Assembly (NCBI GenBank): GCA_021730225.1
Contig: CP072532.1
Span: 19,230-83,229 of the forward strand
Reading direction: 5' to 3'
Length of the DNA stretch: 64,000 nucleotides
DNA from: Candidatus Vesicomyidisocius sp. Agig_15_S12
GTDB lineage: Bacteria; Pseudomonadota; Gammaproteobacteria; PS1; Pseudothioglobaceae
Position numbers and translations under genes: made by a program. Of the stretch, positions 19,134-29,864 are shown one piece after another. The notes below the pieces were generated by a model. That model was not told the DNA's origin and did not search any database. It saw only the letters and a program-made list of their open reading frames with translations. Numbering within the stretch: position 1 is the first letter of the stretch; each line of letters begins with the position of its first letter.

Positions 19134-20018
19134 ATGAACGAACAAGAATATTATGTGCCAAGCGGTACTTATTGGCCTATTATTGGTTCAATTGGTATTG
19201 CTACTTTATTTGTAGGTTTTGCTAATCAAATGCATGGTGCTAGTTGGGGTGCTTCAATTATGCTATTAGGCTTTAGTATTTTGGTGTTTATGATGTTTGG
19301 TTGGTTTGGTCAAGTTGTTAATGAAAGCACTAGTGGCATGTATAACAGTCGAGTTGATCGTTCATTTCGCTGGGGTATGAGCTGGTTTATTTTCTCTGAA
19401 GTGATGTTTTTTGCTGCCTTTTTTGGCGTGTTATTTTATGCAAGGCAATTATCAGTTCCGTGGTTAGGTGGTTCAGGTAATAACCTTTTCACTCCTGATT
19501 TATGGAATGGTTTTAATTCAACATGGAAACAAATTGCTTTTAGCACGCCTGGTTTAATTTTACAATCAGGTACAGCAATTTCTGTGCCAAGACAACTAGT
19601 TGATGCTTGGGGTCTGCCAGCTTTAAATACAGCATTACTGCTTTTATCAGGTGTTACTTTAACTTTCGCACATCATACACTGCGTAATGGAGATCGTAAT
19701 AAAGTTATTGGATGGTTGGTCGCTACTATTGTTCTTGGCGTGTTGTTTTTAGGATTTCAAATTACTGAATATGGCCATGCATATCATGATGGTTTGAAGC
19801 TAACTTCTGGCATTTATGGCTCAACATTTTATATGTTAACTGGCTTTCATGGTTTTCATGTAACAGTTGGTGTAATTATGTTAACTGTTATTCTTTATCG
19901 TGTACAAAAAGGACATTTTAGTGCAGATAACCACTTTGGTTTTGAAGGTGTTGCTTGGTATTGGCATTTTGTAGATGTAGTATGGTTGGGTTTATTTATC
20001 TTTGTGTACTGGTTGTAG
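19134..20018 (+). CDS. coxC: Cytochrome c oxidase subunit III
   Basis: WFIFSEVMFF, LNTALLLLSGVT, GSTFYMLTGFHGFHV, WYWHFVDVVW. Confidence 0.97.
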   Translation: MNEQEYYVPSGTYWPIIGSIGIATLFVGFANQMHGASWGASIMLLGFSILVFMMFGWFGQVVNESTSGMYNSRVDRSFRWGMSWFIFSEVMFFAAFFGVLFYARQLSVPWLGGSGNNLFTPDLWNGFNSTWKQIAFSTPGLILQSGTAISVPRQLVDAWGLPALNTALLLLSGVTLTFAHHTLRNGDRNKVIGWLVATIVLGVLFLGFQITEYGHAYHDGLKLTSGIYGSTFYMLTGFHGFHVTVGVIMLTVILYRVQKGHFSADNHFGFEGVAWYWHFVDVVWLGLFIFVYWL

Positions 20019-20083
20019 TTAGTTATAAAATTGATACAAATATTTTATATTTGGTTTTTTAGTTTACTTTGTAGGAAAAGCTA

Positions 20084-20311
20084 ATGACACAAATTATCAT
20101 AATCATCATTATTATCGCTATTTTAATAGCACTAAGTATAGGTTTATTGGGTATGCTTAGAGGTGGGAAAGCTGGTTCAAATAAAATGTTTCAATCATTA
20201 GTAATACGTGTAGCATTGTCTTTATCTTTGTTTATTATCGTTATGTTTTCTGCTTATATGGATTGGATAGAACCCAACATAATTATGATGGATGCATTCT
20301 CTGTTCAGTGA
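20084..20311 (+). CDS. DUF2909 / twin-transmembrane-helix small protein
   Basis: Two TM helices with L..RVALSLSLF; usual position between coxC and SURF1. Confidence 0.8.
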   Translation: MTQIIIIIIIIAILIALSIGLLGMLRGGKAGSNKMFQSLVIRVALSLSLFIIVMFSAYMDWIEPNIIMMDAFSVQ

Positions 20312-21009
20312 TTAAGCATACTATTTTTATTCCTACGATTTTAATATTCTTAATTATTTATGGATTAGTATCGTTAGGATTTTGGCAGATTGACCGTGCT
20401 GATGAGAAGCGTGTTATTGAGAATAAGATTATATTAGCACAACAAAAACCAGTTCAGTTGATAACAAATATAAAAGAGGTGTTGAATAAAGAGCATTATC
20501 AGGTGCTATTAAAAGGTTATTATGACACTGATAAACAATTTATTTATGATAATCAAATTGTTAATGGTAATGCTGGTTATTATGTACTTACACCCTTTGT
20601 ATTAAGCAATAAAACTACCATCTTGGTTAACCGGGGTTTTGTGCCTTGGCATGGAAGCCGGGGTCATTTGGTTAATATTAAAGTAGATAATCTAACAAGA
20701 GTTATTAAAGTTAGGCTGGTTAAACCTGTTGAGCGTATTAAACTTAAGCAAGAATTAATAAAATCAAATTTTCCTGTATTAATACAGTCTTTAAATTTAG
20801 ACGAGTTATCTTTGTTATCCGATTATCCAATTGTTGCTATGTTAGCGCGTCTTGATATTGAAGATAGTGATGGATTTTTTAGGCAATGGCAACCCTTTTA
20901 TGGTAGTGTAGATAAGCACATGAGTTATGCATTGCAATGGTTCTTAATGGCTTTAATGTTAGGTATTATTTCTTTAAGATTATGGATAAAGAAAAATAAA
21001 AAAAATTGA
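20308..21009 (+). CDS. SURF1 family cytochrome oxidase biogenesis protein
   Basis: LGFWQIDRADEK, GYYVLTPF, LVNRGFVP, KHMSYALQWF. Likely GTG start at 20308, overlapping the upstream stop. Confidence 0.93.
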   Translation: MIKHTIFIPTILIFLIIYGLVSLGFWQIDRADEKRVIENKIILAQQKPVQLITNIKEVLNKEHYQVLLKGYYDTDKQFIYDNQIVNGNAGYYVLTPFVLSNKTTILVNRGFVPWHGSRGHLVNIKVDNLTRVIKVRLVKPVERIKLKQELIKSNFPVLIQSLNLDELSLLSDYPIVAMLARLDIEDSDGFFRQWQPFYGSVDKHMSYALQWFLMALMLGIISLRLWIKKNKKN

Positions 21010-21047
21010 TCTATATCAAAAGAGCATGATGTGGTTGACTGTATCAT
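21006..21047 (+). promoter_or_regulatory. FNR/Anr box with class II promoter for ccoNOQP
   Basis: Perfect TTGAT-ctat-ATCAA at 21006-21019. TATCAT -10 at 21042-21047, the spacing expected for a box centred at -41.5. Confidence 0.85.
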
Positions 21048-21127
21048 CGGTGCTAGTGTAAAATTTGAGCCTATTTTTTTAATATAAAGAAATAGGTTAT
21101 ATAATCTAAAAACATAGAGGACTATTA

Positions 21128-22549
21128 ATGAATTTAACAGAAAAGTATGATTTAGGTGTTGTTAAATGGTTTGCTATCATGGCAACTGTTTACCTAGTAA
21201 TAGGAACACTGCTTGGTGTATACATTGCTTCTGAATTAGCCTTTCCATTTCTTAATGATTTAGGTACAGATTTACCTTATTTTCAATTTGGTCGATTAAG
21301 ACCTTTACACACTAATTCTGTGATTTTTGCTTTTGCTGGATCAGCATTAATGGCGTCAGCTTTTTATATTGTACAACGTACTAATCAAACTCGTCTTTGG
21401 TCTAACAAAATGGCTTGGTTTACATTTTGGTCATGGAATACTGTGATTGTTTTAGCGGTTATTACTCTGCCTTTAGGTTTGACACAATCTAGGGAATATG
21501 CAGAGTTAGAATGGCCAATTGATATTTTGATTACTTTAGCATGGGTTTCGTATCTATATAATTTTATTATGACCATTTACATTCGTAATCGTAATAAAGT
21601 ACCACATGTTTATGTAGCTAATTGGTTCTTTATGGGTATGATGGTTATGGTTACTTATCTTCATGTTATTAACAATTTATCCATTCCAGTGAGTGCGTTT
21701 AAATCTTATTCAATTTTTTCTGGTGTACAGGATGCGATGATTCAGTGGTGGTGGGGTCATAATGCTGTTGGGTTTTTTCTAACAGCGGGCTTTTTAGGTA
21801 TTATGTATTATTTTGTGCCAAAACAAGCGCAGCGTCCAATATATTCTTATCGTTTATCGGTGATTCACTTTTGGGCATTGATGTTTGGTTATGTTTGGTT
21901 AGGTGCTCATCATTTACAATATACAGCATTACCGGACTGGGCAGGCTCATTAGGTGCAACAATTTCATTAGCTATGATTATTCCATCATGGGGGGGTGCG
22001 CTTAATGGCATTTTAACGTTATCAGGTGCTTGGGATCGTTTACGTGAAGACTATATTTTACGTTTCTTGATTATGTCTTTAGCATTTTATGCTATGAGTA
22101 CATTTGAAGGGCCAGTTATGGCGGCGAAGACAGTTAATGCCTTGTCACATTATACAGATTGGACGATTGGTCATGTACATTCTGGTGCATTAGGCTGGAA
22201 TATTATGGTTGCAGCAGGCGCTATATATCACATGATTGAGAAAATTTATAATGTGAAAATGTCACAAAAACTCTTAGGTACTCATTTTTGGATACATACG
22301 ATTGGAACAGTGATTTATATTGTAGCAATGTGGGTATCAGGTATTATGCAAGGTCTTATGTGGAGAGCATATGATGAATATGGAACATTGGCTTATACGT
22401 TTGCTGAGTCAGTATCAGCAATGCATCCTTATTATGTTATGAGAGCTACAGGCGGTACATTAGTATTATTAGGAGCAATTATCATGTTAATTAATATTGT
22501 GATGACTATTCGTAGATCAGGTTCTGTGGGTCAAATAGCTAATGTATAA
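21128..22549 (+). CDS. ccoN: cbb3-type cytochrome c oxidase subunit I
   Basis: [55 protein letters not shown]. Confidence 0.98.
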   Translation: MNLTEKYDLGVVKWFAIMATVYLVIGTLLGVYIASELAFPFLNDLGTDLPYFQFGRLRPLHTNSVIFAFAGSALMASAFYIVQRTNQTRLWSNKMAWFTFWSWNTVIVLAVITLPLGLTQSREYAELEWPIDILITLAWVSYLYNFIMTIYIRNRNKVPHVYVANWFFMGMMVMVTYLHVINNLSIPVSAFKSYSIFSGVQDAMIQWWWGHNAVGFFLTAGFLGIMYYFVPKQAQRPIYSYRLSVIHFWALMFGYVWLGAHHLQYTALPDWAGSLGATISLAMIIPSWGGALNGILTLSGAWDRLREDYILRFLIMSLAFYAMSTFEGPVMAAKTVNALSHYTDWTIGHVHSGALGWNIMVAAGAIYHMIEKIYNVKMSQKLLGTHFWIHTIGTVIYIVAMWVSGIMQGLMWRAYDEYGTLAYTFAESVSAMHPYYVMRATGGTLVLLGAIIMLINIVMTIRRSGSVGQIANV

Positions 22550-22563
22550 AAAGGGAATGAACC

Positions 22564-23295
22564 ATGGTAGATAGAGACGTAAAAGAGAGTTTACAGGTTA
22601 AACTAGAGAAGAATATTTTTGGCATGTATTTGTTTATGGCGCTATCAGTATCATTAGCTGGTATTGTAGAAATTGTCCCTTTATTTACCAATCCTGAAGC
22701 AGTTAAGGACGAAGTGATTGTAGCTGATGGTAGTACAAAAAGTTTATTATGGCTTCGTTCTAAAGGTCAAAGTTTGTCTGATTGGAAGCTTGGTGATGGT
22801 GTAAGGCCTTTGACTGCTTTAGAATTGGCTGGTCGTGATATTTATCAGCGTGAAGGTTGTTATTTATGTCACTCACAAATGATACGTCCGTTTAGAGATG
22901 AGAAAGAACGTTATGGCCATTTTTCTTTAGCGGTGGAGTCAATATATGATCATCCATTTCAGTGGGGATCTAAAAGAACAGGTCCTGATTTAGCGCGTGT
23001 TGGTGGTAAATATTCTGATGAATGGCATATTTTGCATTTACGTCATCCACAAGTAGTTGTACCAGAATCAGTTATGCCAAAATATCATTTTTTAGAAAAT
23101 GCTTTGGTTGATGGTAGTGTAATCGCTACACATATGAGTGGTTTATCTAAAGTTGGCGTTCCTTATACAAAGGAAGATATTGTACAAGCGCCAGCCTCCG
23201 TTAAGGGAAAGAATGAAATGGATGCAATGGTGGCTTATTTACAATCATTAGGTAATATGATTAAATTTGAAGATGGTGTGATTTACAGAGAGTAA
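22564..23295 (+). CDS. ccoO: cbb3-type cytochrome c oxidase subunit II
   Basis: [50 protein letters not shown]. Confidence 0.97.
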   Translation: MVDRDVKESLQVKLEKNIFGMYLFMALSVSLAGIVEIVPLFTNPEAVKDEVIVADGSTKSLLWLRSKGQSLSDWKLGDGVRPLTALELAGRDIYQREGCYLCHSQMIRPFRDEKERYGHFSLAVESIYDHPFQWGSKRTGPDLARVGGKYSDEWHILHLRHPQVVVPESVMPKYHFLENALVDGSVIATHMSGLSKVGVPYTKEDIVQAPASVKGKNEMDAMVAYLQSLGNMIKFEDGVIYRE

Positions 23296-23435
23296 TGACC
23301 TTAGTTGATAAAATTGGTGCTGTGATAGCAGTTGTTATATTTTTATTATTAGCAATTTCTTATTTTTACGCTTTTAGACCAAAAAATAAGAAAAAATTTG
23401 AATCCTTGCGTAACTTTGTAAATGATAAAGATTGA
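23295..23435 (+). CDS. ccoQ: cbb3-type cytochrome c oxidase subunit CcoQ (46 aa, below ORF-track cutoff)
   Basis: [51 protein letters not shown] overlap with ccoO; YAFRPKNKKKFE is typical of CcoQ. Confidence 0.9.
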   Translation: MTLVDKIGAVIAVVIFLLLAISYFYAFRPKNKKKFESLRNFVNDKD

Positions 23436-23453
23436 GTTAAGAGGGAAAAAACA

Positions 23454-24365
23454 ATGAGTGAACAGAAAAATCCTTTCCCAGGTGAAAATAATACAGGGCA
23501 TTTTTGGGATGAAGAAAATGATATTAGAGAGCTAAATAATCGCCCGCCAAGATGGTATATGTTGGCATTATATATGGGTACACTTGCTGTTATTGTTTAT
23601 GCGTTTTACTATCCAACTATTCCTTGGTTTGGTGAGCATAATAAAGGTTTTTCTAATTGGACACAAATTAGTGAAATGAATGAAAGCGTTTCTAAATTAG
23701 AGGCCTATCGTGAAGAAAGGTTTGCTGGTACTGAAAAAGCTATTGCTGAAAAATCACTAGAAGAAATTATACTTGATGATGAATTAAGAACTTATGCTAT
23801 TAAAACGTCTAAAGTGTTATTTGGTGATAATTGTTCGGCTTGTCATGGCGCTGCTGGTCAGGGTAATATAGGGTTTCCTGTTTTAGCTGATGATGATTGG
23901 TTATATGGAGGAAAATTAGAACAAATTAGTACTAGTATTACGGGTGGACGAAAAGGAAGAATGCCTGCACGTATGCTTGGTATTTCAGATGCTGAGGCTA
24001 GTACGTTAGCTACTTTCTTGATTGAAACAGGTAAAGGTAAAAAAGGAAATTCTGACCATACTACTACTATCTCTAAAGCACTATATATGAATAAAGGTTG
24101 TATTGCTTGTCATGGTCCTAATATGAAGGGCAATCAATTGTTAGGTAGTGTTAATTTAAGTGATGGTATTTATCGTTTTAAAGCAGATAATCAACATGCG
24201 TCAATTGTACGTATAATTCTACATGGTGTAAATCAAGTAAACGATCCATTAACGCAAGATGCTGTTATGCCATCATTTGGTCATTCAAGTATTATCAATT
24301 CTACGCAAATTAAAAAACTTGCTGTTTATGTGCATCAATTAGGGGGGGGTGTTTCTGTTAAATAA
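23454..24365 (+). CDS. ccoP: cbb3-type cytochrome c oxidase subunit III (diheme)
   Basis: TGHFWD...IRELNNRPPRW, CSACHG, DDDWLYGG, CIACHG, MPSF. Confidence 0.96.
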   Translation: MSEQKNPFPGENNTGHFWDEENDIRELNNRPPRWYMLALYMGTLAVIVYAFYYPTIPWFGEHNKGFSNWTQISEMNESVSKLEAYREERFAGTEKAIAEKSLEEIILDDELRTYAIKTSKVLFGDNCSACHGAAGQGNIGFPVLADDDWLYGGKLEQISTSITGGRKGRMPARMLGISDAEASTLATFLIETGKGKKGNSDHTTTISKALYMNKGCIACHGPNMKGNQLLGSVNLSDGIYRFKADNQHASIVRIILHGVNQVNDPLTQDAVMPSFGHSSIINSTQIKKLAVYVHQLGGGVSVK

Positions 24366-24479
24366 AATACTTAACAAGTTTCTATACTATATTTTAAGGA
24401 ACTTGTAATATTTTTTTGGTTAAAAGCTAATTTTTTTTTAAAGATTTATTATTTTTGTAGGTATAATTCTATTTTTAAT

Positions 24480-24555
24480 GCCGAAGTAGCATAGTTGGTA
24501 GTGCAACTGATTTGTAATCAGTAGGTCGCCAGTTCGAGTCCGGCCTTCGGCACCA
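24480..24555 (+). tRNA. tRNA-Thr(UGU)
   Basis: 76-nt cloverleaf GCCGAAG...CTTCGGCACCA with anticodon loop TTTGTAA and TTCGA T-loop. Confidence 0.96.
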
Positions 24556-24739
24556 TATTTACGAGTAGGACTACATTATTTTATTTTCCTGTTAAATATT
24601 ATTTTTTTAATTATTTTTAGATACAGTTATAACTATGATAGATAAGGTAAATTATACTAGGGTAAAAATGATGAGGAAAGTTATCCATGAATATTTTTAT
24701 ATTGGTAACGGAATATGTGTAAACAGCTAAAAGAGAAAG

Positions 24740-25093
24740 TAATATTAAATTTATTTATTAAGACTAATATAATGGAGTTTTTGTTAAATTAGTTGTTGAT
24801 ATCAAACTAGTTTGTTCTAATTCAACATTAACTAGCGCTATAGTGTAGTATTATTTAACAGTAGTATTTGCTTGTTTGGCATGGCACCAGCGTATTCTAA
24901 ATTAGTTGTGTTGTAGATGTTTTAAACAATAATGTGCCAGAAGATTAGTTAATAGTGTACCTGTATTGCTATAGGTATGTTGTGTAAAGTTAGTACTTAG
25001 ACGTAGACGTTCAAATAAGATCAAAAAATTATAGAAATCATAGTTGTTAACTATATAAAATACAAGCATTAAAGTGCTTAGAAATTTATTCAT
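24740..25093 (-). pseudogene. lolA: Degraded outer-membrane lipoprotein chaperone LolA
   Basis: ATG overlaps the ftsK 3' end (canonical ftsK-lolA order). Across frameshifts and stops it reads MNKFLSTLMLVF..STNFTQHTYSNTGTLLT / SSGTLLFK / PNKQILLLNNTTL* / VNVELEQTSL..LTKTPLY*. Left boundary approximate. Confidence 0.8.
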
Positions 25094-27353
25094 TAGTAGT
25101 TATAGGTATAGGTGCTAATACTTGGCGATTTCCAGTACTGTTCATACTGCTTACTACACCACTAGCTTCCATGTCTTCAATAATAAGCGCTGCACGGTTG
25201 TAACCAATTCGCATACGTCGTTGTAGAATAGAAATTGAAGCGCGCTGTGATAAAGTTACAATTTTCACAGCTTTATCATATAAAACATCAGATGTTTTAT
25301 TTAAGTCTTGTAGATTATTTGATTTACTATGAGTATTAAGAATACCATCTAGATAATTAGTTTCATAGTTGTCTTTTAAAAAATTAACTACGCGTTCAAT
25401 CTCATCATCGTCAACAAAGGCACCGTGTATGCGAATAAGGTGTGACATACCTGGCGTCATATATAGCATATCACCCATACCAAGTAATTGTTCAGCGCCA
25501 CTTTGGTCAAGAATGGTGCGTGAATCAACTTTTGAAGAGACTTTGAAAGCAATACGTGTGGGTATATTAGATTTGATTAGACCAGTAATAACATCTACAC
25601 TTGGACGTTGTGTGGCAATAATAATGTGAATACCTGCAGCTCGTGATTTTTGTGTTAGACGTATAATAAGTGTCTCAACACGTTTAGCTTTGGTACGATC
25701 TTCTTGGGCTAGTGTGCCAAGCATATCAGCATATTCATCAATAACTATCATAATCATAGGCAATGCTTTTAACTCAGTTATTGGTTTACTTTCATTAGTA
25801 GTATCTTGATTAAATAACTGATAAAGTAAAGGTTCTCCCTTATCTTTAGATTTTTTTAGCTTGTTATTAAAGCCTTTAATATGACGCACTCCAAATTTAG
25901 CTAATAATGAATAACGACGTTCCATTTCATTAATACACCAGCACAAGACAGAAGCTGCTTGGTTCATATCTGTTACAACAGGTGTGAGCAAGTGTGGAAT
26001 GTCGGCATAACAAGCTAGTTCAACAATTTTAGGGTCAATCATAATAATACGTACTTCTTTTGGCTTAGCTTTGAAGAGCACACTTAGGATTATGGTATTT
26101 AGTCCAACTGATTTACCCATACCAGTTGCACCAGCAACGAGCAAGTGTGGCATTTTTGTTAGATTGGTAATAATTGGAATCCCGTTAATATCTTTACCTA
26201 AACCTATGGTTAAGGCAGAGTCAGATTTAATAAAATTTTCAGAAGCAAAAATTTCTTTAAGATTGATTATTTCACGTTGTTTATTTGGAATTTCTAAGCC
26301 AATAACAGGTTTTCCAGGGATAATGTCAACAATACGTACACTTTTAACTAATAAAGCACGTGCTAAGTCTTTGTTAAGATTTATAATTTGATTAACTTTA
26401 ATGCCAGGAGCTAGTGAAAGTTCAAATTGAGTGACGACAGGACCAGGAGTGACTGTGGTAACTAAAACATCAAAACCAAAATCTTTAAGTTTTACTTCAA
26501 CTTGGCGTGACATGGTTTCTAATGTTTCTTTAGAGTATCCAGTGGTGTTGATAGTTGGTTCGTTAAGTAAGTTTAAATTTGGCAAACCAGTCATGGTTAT
26601 CGTATTAAATAGATTAGAGGAAAAAACTTTTTTAAAACTTTTATTTGGTTTTTCCTTGGTTTTTTTTATTTTGGTAAGTATACTGGTTTTAGTATTTGAT
26701 TGTCTAATAGGGGTAGAAATTTTTATAGCTTTTTTGGTTTTAACTTGTGTTCTAATATTATGTATTTTTTTAAAAAAATTATTGAACATATTGTTAGTAA
26801 AGGAGAAAATATTATTCCATGAATAGCTACTGACAATGCTGAAACTAATCATTATAATACTGAGATAAATAATTAGTGATGTAGAACCAAATATAACACT
26901 AAAATAACGGTGTATATTAACGCCAATATAGCCGCCAGATGCTCCTATATCTGTAAAGTTTTGAACTAAAAACGCTGCACTAAAAGAAATTAGTGTCAAT
27001 AGTGAAATAAAACGAATAGTAATTGTTGAGTATTTATACTTCTTTTGTTCAGTATTTTTGTGGATTTTCCATCCTAACCATATTAGTGAGGCTGGTATTA
27101 AATAGGCACTATAACCTAAATTAGATAAAGAGATATCACTTAAATATGCACCAAATACACCAGCAAGGTTAGCAACTGGTGCAATTAGAACAACGTTACC
27201 TGACCAAGGGTTTTCATTAGCAGAATAGGTAACTAAGGCGGATAAAAAAATAAGACCTATGGTACTTAAAAATATAAATAGTATTTCACTGGTTATTTTA
27301 GTACGAGGTTTTTGTGGGTATATTTTTGTACTTATTTTTTTATTCTTTTTCAA
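25086..27353 (-). CDS. ftsK: DNA translocase FtsK
   Basis: N-terminal TM domain, GPVVTQFE, PHLLVAGATGMGKSV, MIDPK, IDEYAD, GIHIIIATQRPSVDVITG, GAEQLLGMGDML, gamma domain QRRMRIGYNRAA. TTG start inferred. Confidence 0.97.
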   Translation of the reverse strand: MKKNKKISTKIYPQKPRTKITSEILFIFLSTIGLIFLSALVTYSANENPWSGNVVLIAPVANLAGVFGAYLSDISLSNLGYSAYLIPASLIWLGWKIHKNTEQKKYKYSTITIRFISLLTLISFSAAFLVQNFTDIGASGGYIGVNIHRYFSVIFGSTSLIIYLSIIMISFSIVSSYSWNNIFSFTNNMFNNFFKKIHNIRTQVKTKKAIKISTPIRQSNTKTSILTKIKKTKEKPNKSFKKVFSSNLFNTITMTGLPNLNLLNEPTINTTGYSKETLETMSRQVEVKLKDFGFDVLVTTVTPGPVVTQFELSLAPGIKVNQIINLNKDLARALLVKSVRIVDIIPGKPVIGLEIPNKQREIINLKEIFASENFIKSDSALTIGLGKDINGIPIITNLTKMPHLLVAGATGMGKSVGLNTIILSVLFKAKPKEVRIIMIDPKIVELACYADIPHLLTPVVTDMNQAASVLCWCINEMERRYSLLAKFGVRHIKGFNNKLKKSKDKGEPLLYQLFNQDTTNESKPITELKALPMIMIVIDEYADMLGTLAQEDRTKAKRVETLIIRLTQKSRAAGIHIIIATQRPSVDVITGLIKSNIPTRIAFKVSSKVDSRTILDQSGAEQLLGMGDMLYMTPGMSHLIRIHGAFVDDDEIERVVNFLKDNYETNYLDGILNTHSKSNNLQDLNKTSDVLYDKAVKIVTLSQRASISILQRRMRIGYNRAALIIEDMEASGVVSSMNSTGNRQVLAPIPITTNE

Positions 27354-27392
27354 GGTGGTTTATAATATTCCGAATATATTTATAAAGTATAA

Positions 27393-28349
<957 letters not shown>

Positions 28350-28398
28350 CCTTTTTAAAGGTTATAATCTACTTGTTTATACCTGTAAAGAGTATAAA

Positions 28399-28474
28399 GG
28401 CCACATAGCTCAGTTGGTAGAGCAAGGGACTGAAAATCCCTGTGTCCCTAGTTCAATTCTAGGTGTGGCCACCA
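28399..28474 (+). tRNA. tRNA-Phe(GAA)
   Basis: GGCCACA...TGTGGCCACCA; anticodon arm AGGGA-CTGAAAA-TCCCT. Confidence 0.97.
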
Positions 28475-28603
28475 TATTTATTTGATTATACTAAGTGTTT
28501 TTTTATTAAGATTAGTTAGAGAATTCTATTCTTGTAAAGTATTAATTTTGTTTGATCACTAAATTAAAGATTAAAAGTGTTAGTAACTAATACTATTACT
28601 TTA

Positions 28604-28682
28604 TGGTATAATGTTATTATGTCGCCCTTAAGAAATACTCTCCTTAAGAGATAAGTTGGCGACATACTCTACTATAGAGTAT
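28604..28682 (+). ncRNA. Candidate small RNA or leaderless 11-aa ORF behind an extended -10 promoter
   Basis: TGgTATAAT at 28604-28612; stem tatgtcgcc/ggcgacata (28618-28666); second hairpin atactct/agagtat (28664-28682). No match to an RNA family I recognise. Confidence 0.35.
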
Positions 28683-28876
28683 AATTTCTACCGTTAGTTA
28701 TATTTTATAAAACTTTGAACTGATTGCTAAGTTGTGTTTTTAAGGGAATATATCCTTATTTGTTATGGCTTTGTTTAATCATTTGATTGATCAAACATCA
28801 AAGCTAATGATGTTATTTAACATAGTAAAGTTACACAAAATACAAAATACGATTGTTGTATGTGTTTGTATGATAT

Positions 28877-28908
28877 ATCTTGACTTATAATTAATTATAA
28901 GTCAAGAT
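28877..28908. repeat. Perfect 32-bp palindrome overlapping the pyrB stop codon
   Basis: atcttgacttataattaattataagtcaagat equals its own reverse complement. Confidence 0.9.
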
Positions 28909-29864
28909 TTGTTAGCAAGAATTTGCATGACTGCCATACGTATTGCAATACCATCAGTAACTTGTTGCAATATAATTGATTGATTGCCATCAGCTACGAT
29001 TGAGTCAATTTCAACGCCACGATTAATTGGACCTGGATGCATAACAATAGCATCGGATTTTGTTAGTGCTAGACGTTTTGGCGTGAGTCCAAAATTATCA
29101 AAATATTCTTGTTCATTAGGGATATTAGCCTCAATCATACGTTCTTTTTGTAGTCTTAATACTATCACTACATCACAATCTTTAAGTCCTGGTTCAATAT
29201 TATCAAAACAACTAACTTCTGAACAAGGTTTTGAGTTGTATTGTAAGATTTTTGGAGCAATGAGACGGATATCAGTTGTTCCTAGAGTTTTAAGTGCTTG
29301 AATACCAGAGTGTGCCACACGTGAATGAATAATATCACCTATAATAGCGACTGATAAGTTTTCAAATGTTTTTTTGTGTTGGCGAATACTGAGCATATCA
29401 AGTAGTGCTTGGGTTGGGTGAGCGTTAATACCGTCACCTGCGTTTAGAATGGAGACACCTTCTAGGTATTTTGCTACGTGGTGTGGTAAGCCATTTTGTT
29501 TGTGGCGAATCACAAACATGTCAATTTGCATGGCTTTAAGTGTTCGCATAGTATCAAGTAAGTCTTCATTTTTTTTGAGTGCTGAGTTAGCAAGGTCAAC
29601 GTTAATAACATTGGCACTACTTCTCATTGCAGCAATTTCAAATGTGTTACGTGTTCGTGTTGATGGTTCAAAGAATAAATTAGCGATGGACATATCATCA
29701 AGTGCTTTGGATTTTTTTAAGTTTCCAGAGGCATCAATCAGGCTATCAGCTTTATCAAGAATATGGGTTAAATGTTGTTTGGAAAGACCTTCAAGTCCTA
29801 ATAGATGAATTAATTTACCAGAGTCATTTAGTTGAATATGGTTACTAATCAATTCTTTTTTCAT
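28902..29864 (-). CDS. pyrB: Aspartate carbamoyltransferase catalytic subunit
   Basis: FFEPSTRTRNTFE, NAGDGINAHPTQALLD, GDIIHSRVA, LRLQKER, MHPGPINRGVEI. Confidence 0.98.
   Translation of the reverse strand: MKKELISNHIQLNDSGKLIHLLGLEGLSKQHLTHILDKADSLIDASGNLKKSKALDDMSIANLFFEPSTRTRNTFEIAAMRSSANVINVDLANSALKKNEDLLDTMRTLKAMQIDMFVIRHKQNGLPHHVAKYLEGVSILNAGDGINAHPTQALLDMLSIRQHKKTFENLSVAIIGDIIHSRVAHSGIQALKTLGTTDIRLIAPKILQYNSKPCSEVSCFDNIEPGLKDCDVVIVLRLQKERMIEANIPNEQEYFDNFGLTPKRLALTKSDAIVMHPGPINRGVEIDSIVADGNQSIILQQVTDGIAIRMAVMQILANKS

Noticed and set aside
24902-25093. 63-aa ORF as a novel small protein
   Set aside because: Better explained as the N-terminal piece of the frameshifted lolA.
28787-28801. 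TTGAT-caaac-ATCAA as an FNR box
   Set aside because: The spacer is 5 nt rather than 4, and there is no downstream gene to regulate.
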